A stretch of DNA of 63,959 bases, filler included, from Octopus bimaculoides (taxonomy: Eukaryota), in NCBI RefSeq assembly GCF_001194135.2. It is 7 parts of 6 records of this genome, joined end to end, with 100 filler letters (N's around TTAATTAATTAA, not from the genome) between each part and the next. Parts side by side here need not be neighbours in the genome. Positions count along the whole stretch, not along the records: positions 37,641 to 45,022 come from NC_068983.1; positions 45,123 to 51,268 come from NC_068988.1; 5 more parts are not named here. One strand, 5' to 3'. The notes below the pieces were generated by a model. That model was given only the letters and a program-made list of their open reading frames with translations, did no database searches and had not been told where the DNA came from. Numbering within the stretch: position 1 is the first letter of the stretch; each line of letters opens with the position of its first letter. Shown piece by piece: positions 39,014-51,021 of this stretch. The position numbers and the translations under genes are program-made.

Positions 39014-39128
39014 CAGGTTGAGCGGGTATAGAAGCTATTATGGGGATAAGCAAATTAGACACATCAAATAATTGCTTCTATACCCGATTAACGGGATCCT
39101 TCTTATAGCCTTTCTTTACCTTATGGAA

Positions 39129-39132
<4 letters not shown>
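39014..39132 (+). repeat. Partial second copy of the 37749-37955 palindrome
   Basis: caggttgagcgggtatagaagc...gataagcaaattagacacatc...ggatccttcttata...ctttctttacctt repeats 37812-37930. Confidence 0.85.
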
Positions 39133-39179
<47 letters not shown>

Positions 39180-39300
39180 CAGGCGCAGGAGTAGCTGTAT
39201 GGTAAGTAGCTTCATGTGTGTTTGTGTGTCTGTGTTTGTCCCCCCAACATCGCTTGACAACCGATGCTGGTGTGTTTACGTTCCCGTAGCATAGCGGTTC
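39180..39300 (+). mobile_element. Family A SINE with internal deletion
   Basis: Head aggcgcaggagtagctgtatggtaagtagctt joined directly to the mid-body gtctgtgtttgtccccccaacatcgcttgacaaccgatgctggtgtgtttacg. Confidence 0.75.
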
Positions 39301-40305
39301 ACACACATAGACACGCACACACACGCACACACACTCACAATAGTAATTCAATACGTTTCATATGAATAGCTTTGTAAAATTAACGATTCATTATCTTTAT
39401 AATTTGTTTCTTACTACGAAAGCACCCCCACCCTACCTGACAGATTCTTACACACTTATAATCCACTTCTAGCTCTATAAAGCTTCTCCTCTCCCTGCTG
39501 TTTCTGCTCAGGAGGAGCCCTCGTTGGTTCTGCATAAAACAGTTTCCCAAACATTACCCTGACGGAAGTAATTTTGGAAACGAGCATTTTTATTGATTTC
39601 TTCAAACATTATGATAAACTCCCCAACCCCTACTTTTAAACCCTATTTAATCATATATAATTCTCCATCGTTGAAACAGATTCTTATATGATTCCCATAC
39701 CCATCACCAAAGCTTCTTTTTTCACTCTCACTAACTCAGTCGATGCTTTTCGATGGGAACTGTCTCACACAAGTTCCCAGACTCCGCTACAGAGCCAAGC
39801 TTTTCCAGATCAGTGAACAGCTGCCTTATCTGCTCAACACTGCCTAATATCTGATTACAATCACCAAACATTAACTAGATGGAGAAATTTACCGAAAAAA
39901 TACATGCACACGCTTGCGCGCACGTACGTACACACACACACATGCACACGCTTGCGCGCACACACACACACACACGCGCACACGTAAACTACGCAAATAC
40001 ACACAAGCGTTCACAAAATCACGAACACATACACACATATATACATATACGGGCACACGCATAGACTTGCATATATACAGAAACAAACGTATACAGATTT
40101 ATAAATACACGAATACACATACACACACATAGGTACCACACTCACACATACGCACGCACGTACACGCACAGCACATACATACGCACGTAAATACTCATAT
40201 ACTACGCCCCCACACTCACATGTACACACACACACACACACACACGTACACAAACACACACACATATGCAGACACACGCTCTCACACACACACACACATA
40301 CTCAC

Positions 40306-40439
40306 AGATACACAAATGCCAAAATTCCTCCTTTCCCGTGATAAGATATTTCAGCAAGTTGTTTTGCTTCATGTTTTTTAACCAAGCTATCGTCTGCCAC
40401 CCTACTGGCGTCTTCGTGTCCCCCGTATCGGGGTAAAGT
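40306..40439 (-). other. Candidate 134-nt host-gene exon
   Basis: Minus strand: long pyrimidine tract and gtgtAG acceptor, 134 nt of non-repetitive sequence open in two frames, then a GTGAGT donor. No protein family recognised. Confidence 0.3.
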
Positions 40440-40630
40440 CTACACATAACATGAAACGAAGATGAAGAAAGTTATTGTAAAAGAAAGAAAGAAAGAAAGA
40501 AAGAAAGAGAAGGAAAGAAAAGAAGAAACTGCAGAAAGGTAAATGAAACAAGAATGATTAGACAAGAATGAAAAAGAACTAAAAATACAAAGAAAATAGT
40601 TTCAGACACACGCGCACGCACACACAGACA

Positions 40631-40674
<44 letters not shown>

Positions 40675-40910
40675 NNNNNNNNNNNNNNNNNNNNNNNNNN
40701 NNNNNNNNNNNNNNNNNNNNNNNNNNNNNNNNNNNNNNNNNNNNNNNNNNNNNNNNNNNNNNNNNNNNNNNNNNNNNNNNNNNNNNNNNNNNNNNNNNNN
40801 NNNNNNNNNNNNNNNNNNNNNNNNNNNNNNNNNNNNNNNNNNNNNNNNNNNNNNNNNNNNNNNNNNNNNNNNNNNNNNNNNNNNNNNNNNNNNNNNNNNN
40901 NNNNNNNNNN

Positions 40911-40950
<40 letters not shown>

Positions 40951-41221
40951 ATACATAAATACAGTATATGGTGGAAGGTATGTATACGTGTAAGTGCATG
41001 CGTACACAAGTGTGTGTATGTATGTAAATTTCTCCAAATCCTTACAACTAGTCACATGATTTATTTTTCGTAGCTCATTTCTGCTATCTTTCAATATCTT
41101 TTATCTTTTACTTGTTTCAGTCATTAGAATGCGGCCATGCTGAAGCACTGCCTTGAAGGATTTGTAGTCGAATGAATCGACCAGTGTACTTTTTGTGCTT
41201 TTTCAGGCTTAGTACTCTCTT

Positions 41222-41495
41222 TTACTCTTTTACTTGTTTCAGTCATTTGACTGCGGCCATGCTGGAGCACCACCTTTAGTCGAATCAAATCGACCCCAGG
41301 ACTTATTCTTTGTAAGCCTAGAACTTATTCAATCGGTCTCTTTTGACGAACCACTAGGTTACGGGGACCTAAACATACCAGCATCGGTTATTAAGCGATG
41401 TTGGGGGGGGGGACACAGATACATAACATATACGCACGCATACATACATATATATGGGCTTCTTTCAGTTTCCGTCTACCAAATCCACAAACAAA
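41222..41495 (-). mobile_element. tRNA-derived SINE, family A, 3' two thirds (a further 3' fragment lies at ~41100-41215)
   Basis: ttttactcttttacttgtttcagtcatttgactgcggccatgctggagcacc...gaccccaggacttattctttgtaagccta...cttctttcagtttccgtctaccaaatccac. Confidence 0.85.
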
Positions 41496-42419
41496 GACAC
41501 AAATGCGCGCGCACATACACATATNNNNNNNNNNNNNNNNNNNNNNNNNNNNNNNNNNNNNNNNNNNNNNNNNNNNNNNNNNNNNNNNNNNNNNNNNNNN
41601 NNNNNNNNNNNNNNNNNNNNNNNNNNNNNNNNNNNNNNNNNNNNNNNNNNNNNNNNNNNNNNNNNNNNNNNNNNNNNNNNNNNNNNNNNNNNNNNNNNNN
41701 NNNNNNNNNNNNNNNNNNNNNNNNNNNNNNNNNNNNNNNNNNNNNNNNNNNNNNNNNNNNNNNNNNNNNNNNNNNNNNNNNNNNNNNNNNNNNNNNNNNN
41801 NNNNNNNNNNNNNNNNNNNNNNNNNNNNNNNNNNNNNNNNNNNNNNNNNNNNNNNNNNNNNNNNNNNNNNNNNNNNNNNNNNNNNNNNNNNNNNNNNNNN
41901 NNNNNNNNNNNNNNNNNNNNNNNNNNNNNNNNNNNNNNNNNNNNNNNNNNNNNNNNNNNNNNNNNNNNNNNNNNNNNNNNNNNNNNNNNNNNNNNNNNNN
42001 NNNNNNNNNNNNNNNNNNNNNNNNNNNNNNNNNNNNNNNNNNNNNNNNNNNNNNNNNNNNNNNNNNNNNNNNNNNNNNNNNNNNNNNNNNNNNNNNNNNN
42101 NNNNNNNNNNNNNNNNNNNNNNNNNNNNNNNNNNNNNNNNNNNNNNNNNNNNNNNNNNNNNNNNNNNNNNNNNNNNNNNNNNNNNNNNNNNNNNNNNNNN
42201 NNNNNNNNNNNNNNNNNNNNNNNNNNNNNNNNNNNNNNNNNNNNNNNNNNNNNNNNNNNNNNNNNNNNNNNNNNNNNNNNNNNNNNNNNNNNNNNNNNNN
42301 NNNNNNNNNNNNNNNNNNNNNNNNNNNNNNNNNNNNNNNNNNNNNNNNNNNNNNNNNNNNNNNNNNNNNNNNNNNNNNNNNNNNNNNNNNNNNNNNNNNN
42401 ATATATATATATATATATA

Positions 42420-43094
42420 TACGAGGGGACATAAAAAAATTATCCGCACTTTTACCATTACATATCTTTAGTATTGTCACACTGCCTTCTGCGCATGCGT
42501 GCTTATAATTAGTACTATTGTGGTCACGTAATCGAAGTTTGAGCCTGATCACGCCAAATTTTCTTTCTGGCTTGACAGTGTAAGCATAGTCGCTCCTCTA
42601 GCAATGTGCACCAAAGAAGATCAAAGAACAGTGATGCAAGAGATGGTAATGGGGAAGCGGTTCACCATTACCATCTCTCAAGCTTGCTGAATCTTCTCGT
42701 CACTGGTGGAGATTAACGGGTGTCCTGCTCCCTCTTTGTGCGTCACGCTTGTCCGGCCACATTTAAACCCCTCGATTCACTCATACACACTTCTACGTGG
42801 CAGTGCATTGTCCCTGTATTGTGCCAAAAGCTGCCAATGAATTTCAGCACCGGATACACCTTTCGACTGGAGAAATCGAATCACTGCCGCTTTGTTCTTC
42901 TTTTGTGCACATTGCTAGTGGATCGGTCACGCTTACACTTTAAAGCCGGAAAGGAAAATGGCGCGATCAGGTTCAAACTTCGTTCACGTGACCACAATAG
43001 TACCAACTATAAGTACGCATGTGTAGAAGGTAGTGTGACCATAATAAAGATATATTCTGGCAAAAGTGCGGATAATTTTTGACTTCCCTTCGTA
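42420..43094. mobile_element. Mariner derivative built from two left ends in inverted orientation, inserted in (TA)n
   Basis: ~215-bp inverted repeats beginning tacgagggg/tacgaaggg; both arms carry the start atgtgcaccaaagaag (MCTKE); minus strand continues IRFLQSKGVSGAEIH...SVYE*IEGFKCGRTSVTHKEGAGHP. Confidence 0.85.
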
Positions 43095-43554
43095 TATATA
43101 TNNNNNNNNNNNNNNNNNNNNNNNNNNNNNNNNNNNNNNNNNNNNNNNNNNNNNNNNNNNNNNNNNNNNNNNNNNNNNNNNNNNNNNNNNNNNNNNNNNN
43201 NNNNNNNNNNNNNNNNNNNNNNNNNNNNNNNNNNNNNNNNNNNNNNNNNNNNNNNNNNNNNNNNNNNNNNNNNNNNNNNNNNNNNNNNNNNNNNNNNNNN
43301 NNNNNNNNNNNNNNNNNNNNNNNNNNNNNNNNNNNNNNNNNNNNNNNNNNNNNNNNNNNNNNNNNNNNNNNNNNNNNNNNNNNNNNNNNNNNNNNNNNNN
43401 NNNNNNNNNNNNNNNNNNNNNNNNNNNNNNNNNNNNNNNNNNNNNNNNNNNNNNNNNNNNNNNNNNNNNNNNNNNNNNNNNNNNNNNNNNNNNNNNNNNN
43501 NNNNNTAATAGAAAGGTTTATTAGCTACTGCCAATATGCTTCAGCCATTTTTTG

Positions 43555-43830
43555 ACAAGGAAATAATAATTTTATCACCGCCAGAATCGTTTGACAATCG
43601 TTTGTTTACGTAGTCAGCACTTAATTTTTACGGCTGAATGGACGTCAGTCATTGGTTGAAATTACAGAAATACGACAACTTTAACATGAAATAACTTGCG
43701 ATGTACGTTTTTTTGTTAAGAAGACTAAGAGAAAAAGATGTTTTATATGACACATTCTACCAGTGTCCAAAGTTTCAAAGTGTTTCGTTAAGAAAATACT
43801 GGTGCCCCCGTTTTGAACAAGATCCCGTAG
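43555..43830 (-). repeat. Dispersed repeat of unknown class, copy 2 (matches 3504-3770)
   Basis: Reverse-complement similarity over about 250 bp. Confidence 0.75.
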
Positions 43831-43859
43831 TTTAAGTACAGAGACACAAATTTTATTAG

Positions 43860-43990
43860 TGGCAGTCAATTAGATTGACTCTGATACTGAACTAGTATTT
43901 TAATTCATCAGCAAGAACAAAAGGCAACGATGAACTCGGCGGGATTTGAACCCAAGACTTAAAGAGTCGGCATGACAACTGCAATGCATT
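43860..43990 (-). mobile_element. tRNA-derived SINE, family B, degenerate
   Basis: aaaggcaacgatgaactcggcgggatttgaaccc resembles the other family B minus-strand copies. Confidence 0.5.
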
Positions 43991-44102
43991 TTATCAACGC
44001 TTTTGATACCAATAAGAATTTTAGCACACAGCCAGAAATTTGTATGTGTCGGGATACTCCTACACAAACCATAGAAGAGGTTGATCATGTCAAAAGCTTG
44101 AC

Positions 44103-44480
44103 ATGGAGTACCGACAAATTTACGACCTTCCACTTCGAACGCTCGATGCAATTCAAGAACAAAAGATCTCTATCAAGTATCTACAGCGCAAAAGGCAGAA
44201 GACGTTGACAGACGACAAATGTAAGTTGTGCAAGACTAGAACTGAAAACATCAACTGCATCATTTCCAGCTGCGAGAGAATATCTTCCACATATTATCTT
44301 CCCATGAGACATGATGCGGTGGCCAGAACGGTCTGGAGGAGGATAACGAAAACACTTACAGATGAAGTTAATTATATTGAGATCGATGGGTGAAAGGAAT
44401 ATTGGTGGAACTTGAAAATTAAAACAGCCACCAAGTTAGAACACAACCGGCGAGATATTATTGTGTGGGACCGTAAAATT
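44103..44480 (+). mobile_element. RLE-type (R4/Dong-like) retrotransposon C-terminal relic: zinc finger and restriction-like endonuclease start
   Basis: AIQEQKISIKYL...KCKLCKTRTENINCIISSC...YYLPMRHDAVARTVW (CCHC-type motif plus RHD), then EYWWNLKIKTATKLEHNRRDIIVWDR (NRPD-like). Confidence 0.75.
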
Positions 44481-44804
44481 ATGTTCTATTGCAGAAATCA
44501 GCTACTCTCTCGATAAGAAAAGAGAAAAAAAGACCGAAATAGATTACCTTTGAATATCTAAACAAGAAGCTTTCTCTGTGTTAATCGGGAATCATTTCTG
44601 TTTGGATGCCACTTTTCAATTTCTTCAATTTTTGCTCTGATTTCATATCTGATGTATTGACATGGTTTTGTATTGTGATCATTGGCAGCAAATTTTGGTC
44701 AATTTTAACCAATCGAAAGCCACAGGCATATAGCAGCCTGTTTCCATAGTCACAAGCCAAGCTGATACGGAGCTGCTTACCCACATGGTCATTTTTCGCT
44801 TATT

Positions 44805-45022
44805 TATCAGGTCATCCCATAAGTTCTGTCCGAATTTTGAATAAAGAAAACAAGTGATCAAATGTTATATCTAATTGAAATTTAATCATCAATGTACCTT
44901 CCCTGATTATCTATGACTTCATTCCATCTATTTACAAGCTTTTTAATCCCATCAGTGTAAAACTCTTTTGGTTTCAAAGCGAAGAACTCTGAAATGTCAC
45001 TTTCGACCTCCTCCTGGCTTGT
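44805..45022 (-). mobile_element. Mariner right end (C-terminus and TIR), cut by gap
   Basis: Minus strand SQEEVESDISEFFALKPKEFYTDGIKKLVNRWNEVIDNQGRYIDD*; TIR-like tatcaggtcatcccataagttctgtccg. Confidence 0.85.
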
Positions 45023-45122
45023 NNNNNNNNNNNNNNNNNNNNNNNNNNNNNNNNNNNNNNNNNNNNTTAATTAATTAANNNNNNNNNNNNNNNNNNNNNN
45101 NNNNNNNNNNNNNNNNNNNNNN

Positions 45123-45186
<64 letters not shown>

Positions 45187-45403
45187 TATATCTTTTTAAT
45201 TTCTATAGAAAATCTGTAGAGATAACCTTAACAAGTGGTTTAATAGCTCTGCTAACACAGTAGGACACACTATTGACTTATAAAAACGTTTAATGTACTT
45301 TGTAGTATATTATGGTTGCATAATAAAATATGGTGTCCCTACAGGTCATTAATATATATGTGTGTGTGTATGTATGTATACACACACAAATATATATCAT
45401 CAT

Positions 45404-45610
45404 CATAATCATTATTCAACATCCATGCTGGCATGGGTTGGATGGATTGACTGGGCTGGCATGCTGGAAAGCTGTGCCAGGCTCCAGTCTGGTTTGGCGT
45501 GGTTTTTTATGGCTGGATGCCCTTCCTAACGCCAGCCACACCAAGAGTGTAATGGGTGTTTTTACACGCCACCAGCATGGGTACCATTTGCGTGGTACCA
45601 GTATCTGCCA
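45404..45610 (-). mobile_element. RTE-type 3' tail fragment
   Basis: catcatcat...ccatgctggcatgggttggatgg...ggctggatgcccttcctaacgccagccac, related to 8085-8428. Confidence 0.7.
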
Positions 45611-45969
45611 TGACTATGGTTAATGATCTTTAGGGTTAACTATTTTTCTGGATTAATTATTGTTCTGGATTCTCCCCACCCCTCGTTTTAAGCAATGTCT
45701 TTTCAGTTTCATCATAATATTTATATTTAAGTATATATTACTGGAAATTTTCAAAACCCACTCTAACACACAGCTAGTAATTCATATGTCTTGAAAACAA
45801 TCATCAAACCAAATTTAAATGGCCATTTGCATATTTGAGTCACATCACATTATATTACATGTATCTGAACAATCTTAATTCAGTTTTCATCATAACTGTC
45901 CAACAAACAAGAATATGAAACTCTAAGTAACATTTCTGTGATAATTTTGCAGCTTCAATAAAAAGTGTT

Positions 45970-46011
<42 letters not shown>

Positions 46012-46069
46012 ACAGAAAATTACTATTTGTAAATCTCTCAATGAGAGATATTCAACAGCAGTACTCTAG

Positions 46070-46221
46070 AGTAAAGATTATTTGCCAACATAACATGGCA
46101 GTCCTGGTTTAGAGTGAATGTTACTGTAATTTAGCCCCAGGTGATGTCTCCTGGGGTTAAATCACAGCAACAGTCGTCCTAAACCAGGTCTGCCATGTTA
46201 CGTTGGTGAATAATCTTTACT
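46070..46221. mobile_element. Palindromic MITE-like element (152 bp)
   Basis: agtaaagattatttgccaacataacatggcagtcctggtttag...ccccagg / cctggggt...ctaaaccaggtctgccatgttacgttggtgaataatctttact; 8-nt loop. Confidence 0.85.
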
Positions 46222-46263
46222 CTCTCTCCTTCTCCCCCCTCTCTCTCGTCTCTGCCCTAACTC

Positions 46264-46480
46264 TTCGAAACGCTTAGTTTTAGAATGGTGGCAGCTGATG
46301 AAGGAAATGTTCTCTATGTGGCCTGTGTGTTTTCTGTACTCTGTTTATCATTTTGTCCACGTTTTTTTGCAACGTCCTGTATCCAGATATGCATCTATAT
46401 ATACATGTAGATGTAGGTATGTACATACATGTACGTATATATGCAACTACTCATATATTATTTATATATATATATATATT
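46264..46480 (+). repeat. Unclassified repeat family X, copy 4
   Basis: ttcgaaacgcttagttttagaatggtggcagctgatgaaggaaatgttctctatgtggcctgtgtgttttctgta, closest to copy 1. Confidence 0.8.
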
Positions 46481-47406
46481 ATTCATTGAAACTAGATTCA
46501 ATTGTGTGATTTGAGTTTCATGTTACTGATGTATATATACTAATCTATGAAATGGCCTTCAACGCTAGAAACAATGCTGTAACTAGATCATTACCAGTGT
46601 AACTTTGTCCTTCACCCGGCTAAGAGGGCAGTAACGTTAAATAAGAATTGGTTAGGACCAGGTGACCCATCTAACCCATTTCAGCACTGACAGTGGATGC
46701 AAGGTAGCGATGATGATACACACAAACATACACACATGTGCACACGCACGCACACACACACATACATGTGTGTATGTGTGTATTTATATGTAGTCTAGAT
46801 GCAGTTGTATATAAGAAAGAAAGTGTCTGGTTTATAGTAAATGTAAACAGTGGTATGTAAATATCAAAATATAAAATAGGCACAACTCTGGACTACGTCT
46901 TTTAGGTAATTCATATAGAAGTGGATTAAAAATAGACAGACATCATATTCTATAAATGTATTCTATAAAAACTGACAATTTTGAGCAAGAACTAACTCAA
47001 TCAAATAAAATAGTCTTGCACATATTGAGGTAAAAAATACAACTTTATATTTCCATTATTTCATTATTATACCAACATGATGTAATTATTAACTTACTTT
47101 TACATATCAGCAATTCAATTAGCTCATCTTTGGGGAAGCTGTAGATTGGAATCTATGCAGATAATTTTTTTGTAGAGATGATGATGAATCCTTTTTATTT
47201 TAGATAGATTTCAAAGAATATACATATATGCATACATATATACACACTCACATGCTTATACATAGATATACATGCATATATATGTATATATATTGTTTTA
47301 TGCTGTCTGGCAATAATATATATTTTTGTTTGCTAGAAAGTTTTTACACAATTACATTAATTTTCTCATCACATATTTATTACTGTTATTACATACTTAC
47401 ACACAT

Positions 47407-47544
<138 letters not shown>

Positions 47545-48279
47545 GTCCAACCCATACCATCATGGGAAATGGATGTTAGATGATGATGATGATGATGATG
47601 CATATGTATACATACACACACACACATACACACATACAATGTGTGTGAGTGTGTGTTCATGCACACATTTATTTATCTCTCTGTATATGAGAGCATGTGT
47701 TTACTTTTAGAAATATATATGTATGTCTGTACCTGGTTGCATGTAAGTCTGTACTGGAAGGCATGAAGATAATGTGATGGATGCTTGACAAAACTGGAAT
47801 CAAATTTATAAACAAGTGTTCAAATCATACTAAAGTAATCTCTGCTTTTCCTATTTGGACACTATAATCGATACCAGTAATATTTCAGAGAGAATTTCAC
47901 CAACATTCACAACTTGTTCATTTTTAATTCTTTATTTAAAATTCATAATTATTAAACTGAAATAATAGTGGAATCTCTATGTAGACATTCTGTCTTGTAG
48001 AAAAAACAAGCAAATGAACATATAATGACAACCTACCCACTTGAAAATTGAAGACACATTGAATAAGTTGGCCCTAAATAGCAACACCTGAGAATAGAAC
48101 ATGACAGTTATGAACAGAACACCATTAATGATAAATGTACTGGATCAGAGCTGTCTTGGGGCTGAACAATAACAAAAATGATGAATTCAGTATGTTAATC
48201 AATGCATAAATTAAAGTTTCAGTAGTTTTAATTTTGTAATTGATCCAACTAATTTTCATCAGTTATCATAATGAGGCTA

Positions 48280-48410
48280 TTGAACTGGCAGAATCATAAG
48301 AACTTGGAACGAAATACCTTGCAGTATTTCTTCCGGTTCATTATATTCTGAGTTCAGTTCCCTTTCTGGTCAATTTTGCCTTTCATCCCTTTGGGATCAA
48401 TTAAATCAAG
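48280..48410 (+). mobile_element. tRNA-derived SINE, family B, degenerate
   Basis: gaactggcagaatc...ttctgagttcag...tttgcctttcatccctttggg. Confidence 0.6.
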
Positions 48411-48439
48411 TTCTGAGGTCAATCATCATCGTCATCATC

Positions 48440-48710
48440 GTCGTCCTCATCATCATCATGTAAATGTCCATTTTCCATGCTAGCATGTGTTGGATGGATT
48501 GACCAGAGATGGCAAACTGGAGACCTGCACCAGGTTCCAGTCTGATTTGGCTTGGTTTATGTGACTGGTTACCCTTCCTAATGCCCCTAACACCAACTAC
48601 TTTACAGTGTGTGCTGCATGCTTTTAATGTGGCACTGACACAAGTGCTTTTACATGGAACTGGCACAAGTACTTTTAACATGGCACCGGTACATGATCTT
48701 GCAGGCTGAT
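48440..48710 (-). mobile_element. RTE-type 3' tail fragment, diverged
   Basis: catcatcatc...ttttccatgctagcatg...acccttcctaatgcc. Confidence 0.6.
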
Positions 48711-49004
48711 CCTCTTCACCAGGTGATGTGGGACCTTAATGCTTCCGCTGCAGAAACCCTTTCCCTCAAAATTGCTGACCTTGTGCATAAATTAGCTATT
48801 ATACTCAGAAGGTGATTGACAGAATCTTTAGTGAGTCAAACAAAATATTTTTCAGCATTCCTGCCTGTTCAGTACCTCCAGAATTAAATCTTAACTTTGC
48901 ATCACATTTTCCTGGGTCAATAAAATAAAACTCCAATCAAGTACTAAGGTTGATTTAGCTGACTGACCCTTTTCAAGTTTGAGGCCTAGTGCCTGTATTA
49001 GATA

Positions 49005-49150
49005 CAAAGACATGTGGCCTAGCAGTTAGGATGTTGCATTCATGATGGCAAGATAGTGGTTTCAATTCCCTGTTTGAACAGTGTATTGTGTTCCTGAGCA
49101 AAATACTTCATTTTACATTGTTCCAGTTTGCACAGGTGTAACTGAGTAAC
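49005..49150 (+). mobile_element. tRNA-derived SINE, family C, degenerate
   Basis: gtggcctagcagttagg...ggtttcaattccc...attgtgttcctgagcaaaatacttcattttac. Confidence 0.5.
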
Positions 49151-49224
49151 ATTTTGATGGACTTTTCATCCCATTCAGGGAAATCTCATGATCTCAGTCA
49201 CTTATGAAGGCAAAGACAGCTGTA

Positions 49225-49430
49225 GCTATCTGGTCACAGTGAGTGCTACCCTGAACTGGAAGCATCCAAAGTAGTCGTGTGGAACCTCCTTCATAGTGAT
49301 GTAAGAAGAGGAAAATGTCATCACTCTTGGACTGACAATGTGATTGCAGACACTGGCCTGCAACGTTTCTAGGACATTGAGGCAGTGGCGATGGACTGAG
49401 AAGTGTGACAGGTAGACTTTGTTGCTGCGG
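49225..49430 (+). mobile_element. RTE-clade ORF C-terminal relic
   Basis: SGHSECYPELEASKVVVWNLLHSDVRRGK...WTDNVIADTGL...AMD*EV* resembles the GHCxRH...LW.P.HG..RG....D...DTGL...M.DR..W end of RTE ORFs. Confidence 0.55.
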
Positions 49431-49453
49431 GATGGGTTGGACCCCAATCTTAA

Positions 49454-49673
49454 CAATGAGCAGGTGCTGAAAAGTTCCTGGCTTTAAGGGTATTGTGAAA
49501 AGCCTGGCTGGAGACCCAACCTTCTGAGTTCTTTTACAGAGCTTAGAAAAACTGGAAGAACATTGCAATAAGTGCATGAATCTGAGAGGGGAATATGTTG
49601 AATAAAATCATAATTAACTGATCCTGCTGTATTTTCTTTCACCTTAAGCCAGGAAATTTTCAGCACTCCATTG
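49454..49673 (+). mobile_element. Short mariner-derived non-autonomous element
   Basis: TIRs gtgctgaaaagttcctggctttaa / ttaagccaggaaattttcagcac; internal KLEEHCNKCMNLRGEYVE* resembles a mariner C-terminus. Confidence 0.75.
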
Positions 49674-51021
49674 TATATACTCTGGAAACAGTAACCAGCC
49701 CTATGTATCCTTAGGGTTGAGACAGTCAATGTTAATGTCTAAGAGAATGCCCAGGCCTATCTTAGAAGCAAATATCATTATTAGTTATTACACATCTGAA
49801 TACAGACATGACAGTGTGATTATGAAGTTCACTTCACAACATTATAACATAATCAAATCCACATTTTTTATTAAATTTCCAAAGTTTATGTTCAGATAAA
49901 AACTGATAGTGTATGACTAGATAATTACTATTCATTGAAACACACATTGCTTAGTCTGTTAATATTTTATTTATTGGACAAGCTGTCAACCAACCATTTT
50001 TTATAAAAATAAGACTCTTCAATTAAGAGATGTCCTCAGTTCTAATGGGTAATAAATATAATGTTTCTGTGAATATTCACAGACAGTTATCTAGTTCCTG
50101 AAAAGATCCCCCAAAGGATTAAAGACAGTTAGACACATTGCACTTTTCTCTCCACAAAGACAGTGTGTATATGAGACAGCTGTTTACAGTATTTCTGTGT
50201 GTTTAATTAAGTTTAATTGTACACATTGTTAGCTAAAACTTTGACTTATTCTAAAGTACCTCAGAGATTATTTCCAAACAATTATTGATGCTCAATTTGT
50301 TCTATTTGATTCACACTTATCTTTCTGGGTTCAAATAAAATGATTTCAGTGGAAATCTATCAATATTTTCTGACTGTAATCTTTATGACAGTGGGAAGTC
50401 TATCAAATACACCTGGCACACAGTTGTAAAAACAAATCAAATGGAAAATCATTTTTACATTTCTATCAATTTTATTAAATAGAATATGTGTTTACACTGT
50501 AATCATCTCCCCCTCCACCAACATTTTATAAAAGAAAATTAGTCAAAATATTCAGTGTAATATTAATTTAAACATTTTTCGTGTGGGTAAGGCTCACTAT
50601 ATTATGTATGTTACTCTCCACTTAGCTATCTAGTATTCATGCACAACACATTCCTAGGATTTTCTTCATGTGGTTACTTCATTACAACTTATTTCAGACA
50701 ACATAGCAGATAAGCTAATGGCAGAGAATACATATGGTTGCTTGAAAGGTTAAAAGACATTCGCCAATGGTTTTGAACCTGATACCATGAAGGTAAGAGA
50801 GAAAGACACTGCTAGCTTACGGGATTCCTGCCTAAGATGTTGTGCAGTAGAACTGAATGCAGAAATATGTGGTTAGAAAGCAAACTACTTACCACATGGT
50901 CACGCATGAACCTACAAAACTGTTGTTGTAGTTGAAAACAGATAGGAGCTACTGGCAGAATTAAGATCTAGCCATAGGAAATCAGCCCCAATATTTCCTG
51001 TTAGTTGGTTGAAGATGATTA

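Noticed and set aside
39400-39860. Possible CR1/L2-type RT relic (TVSHK...KL...ISEQL); a similar hint on the minus strand at 36950-37380
   Set aside because: Motifs are too fragmentary to support a call by eye.
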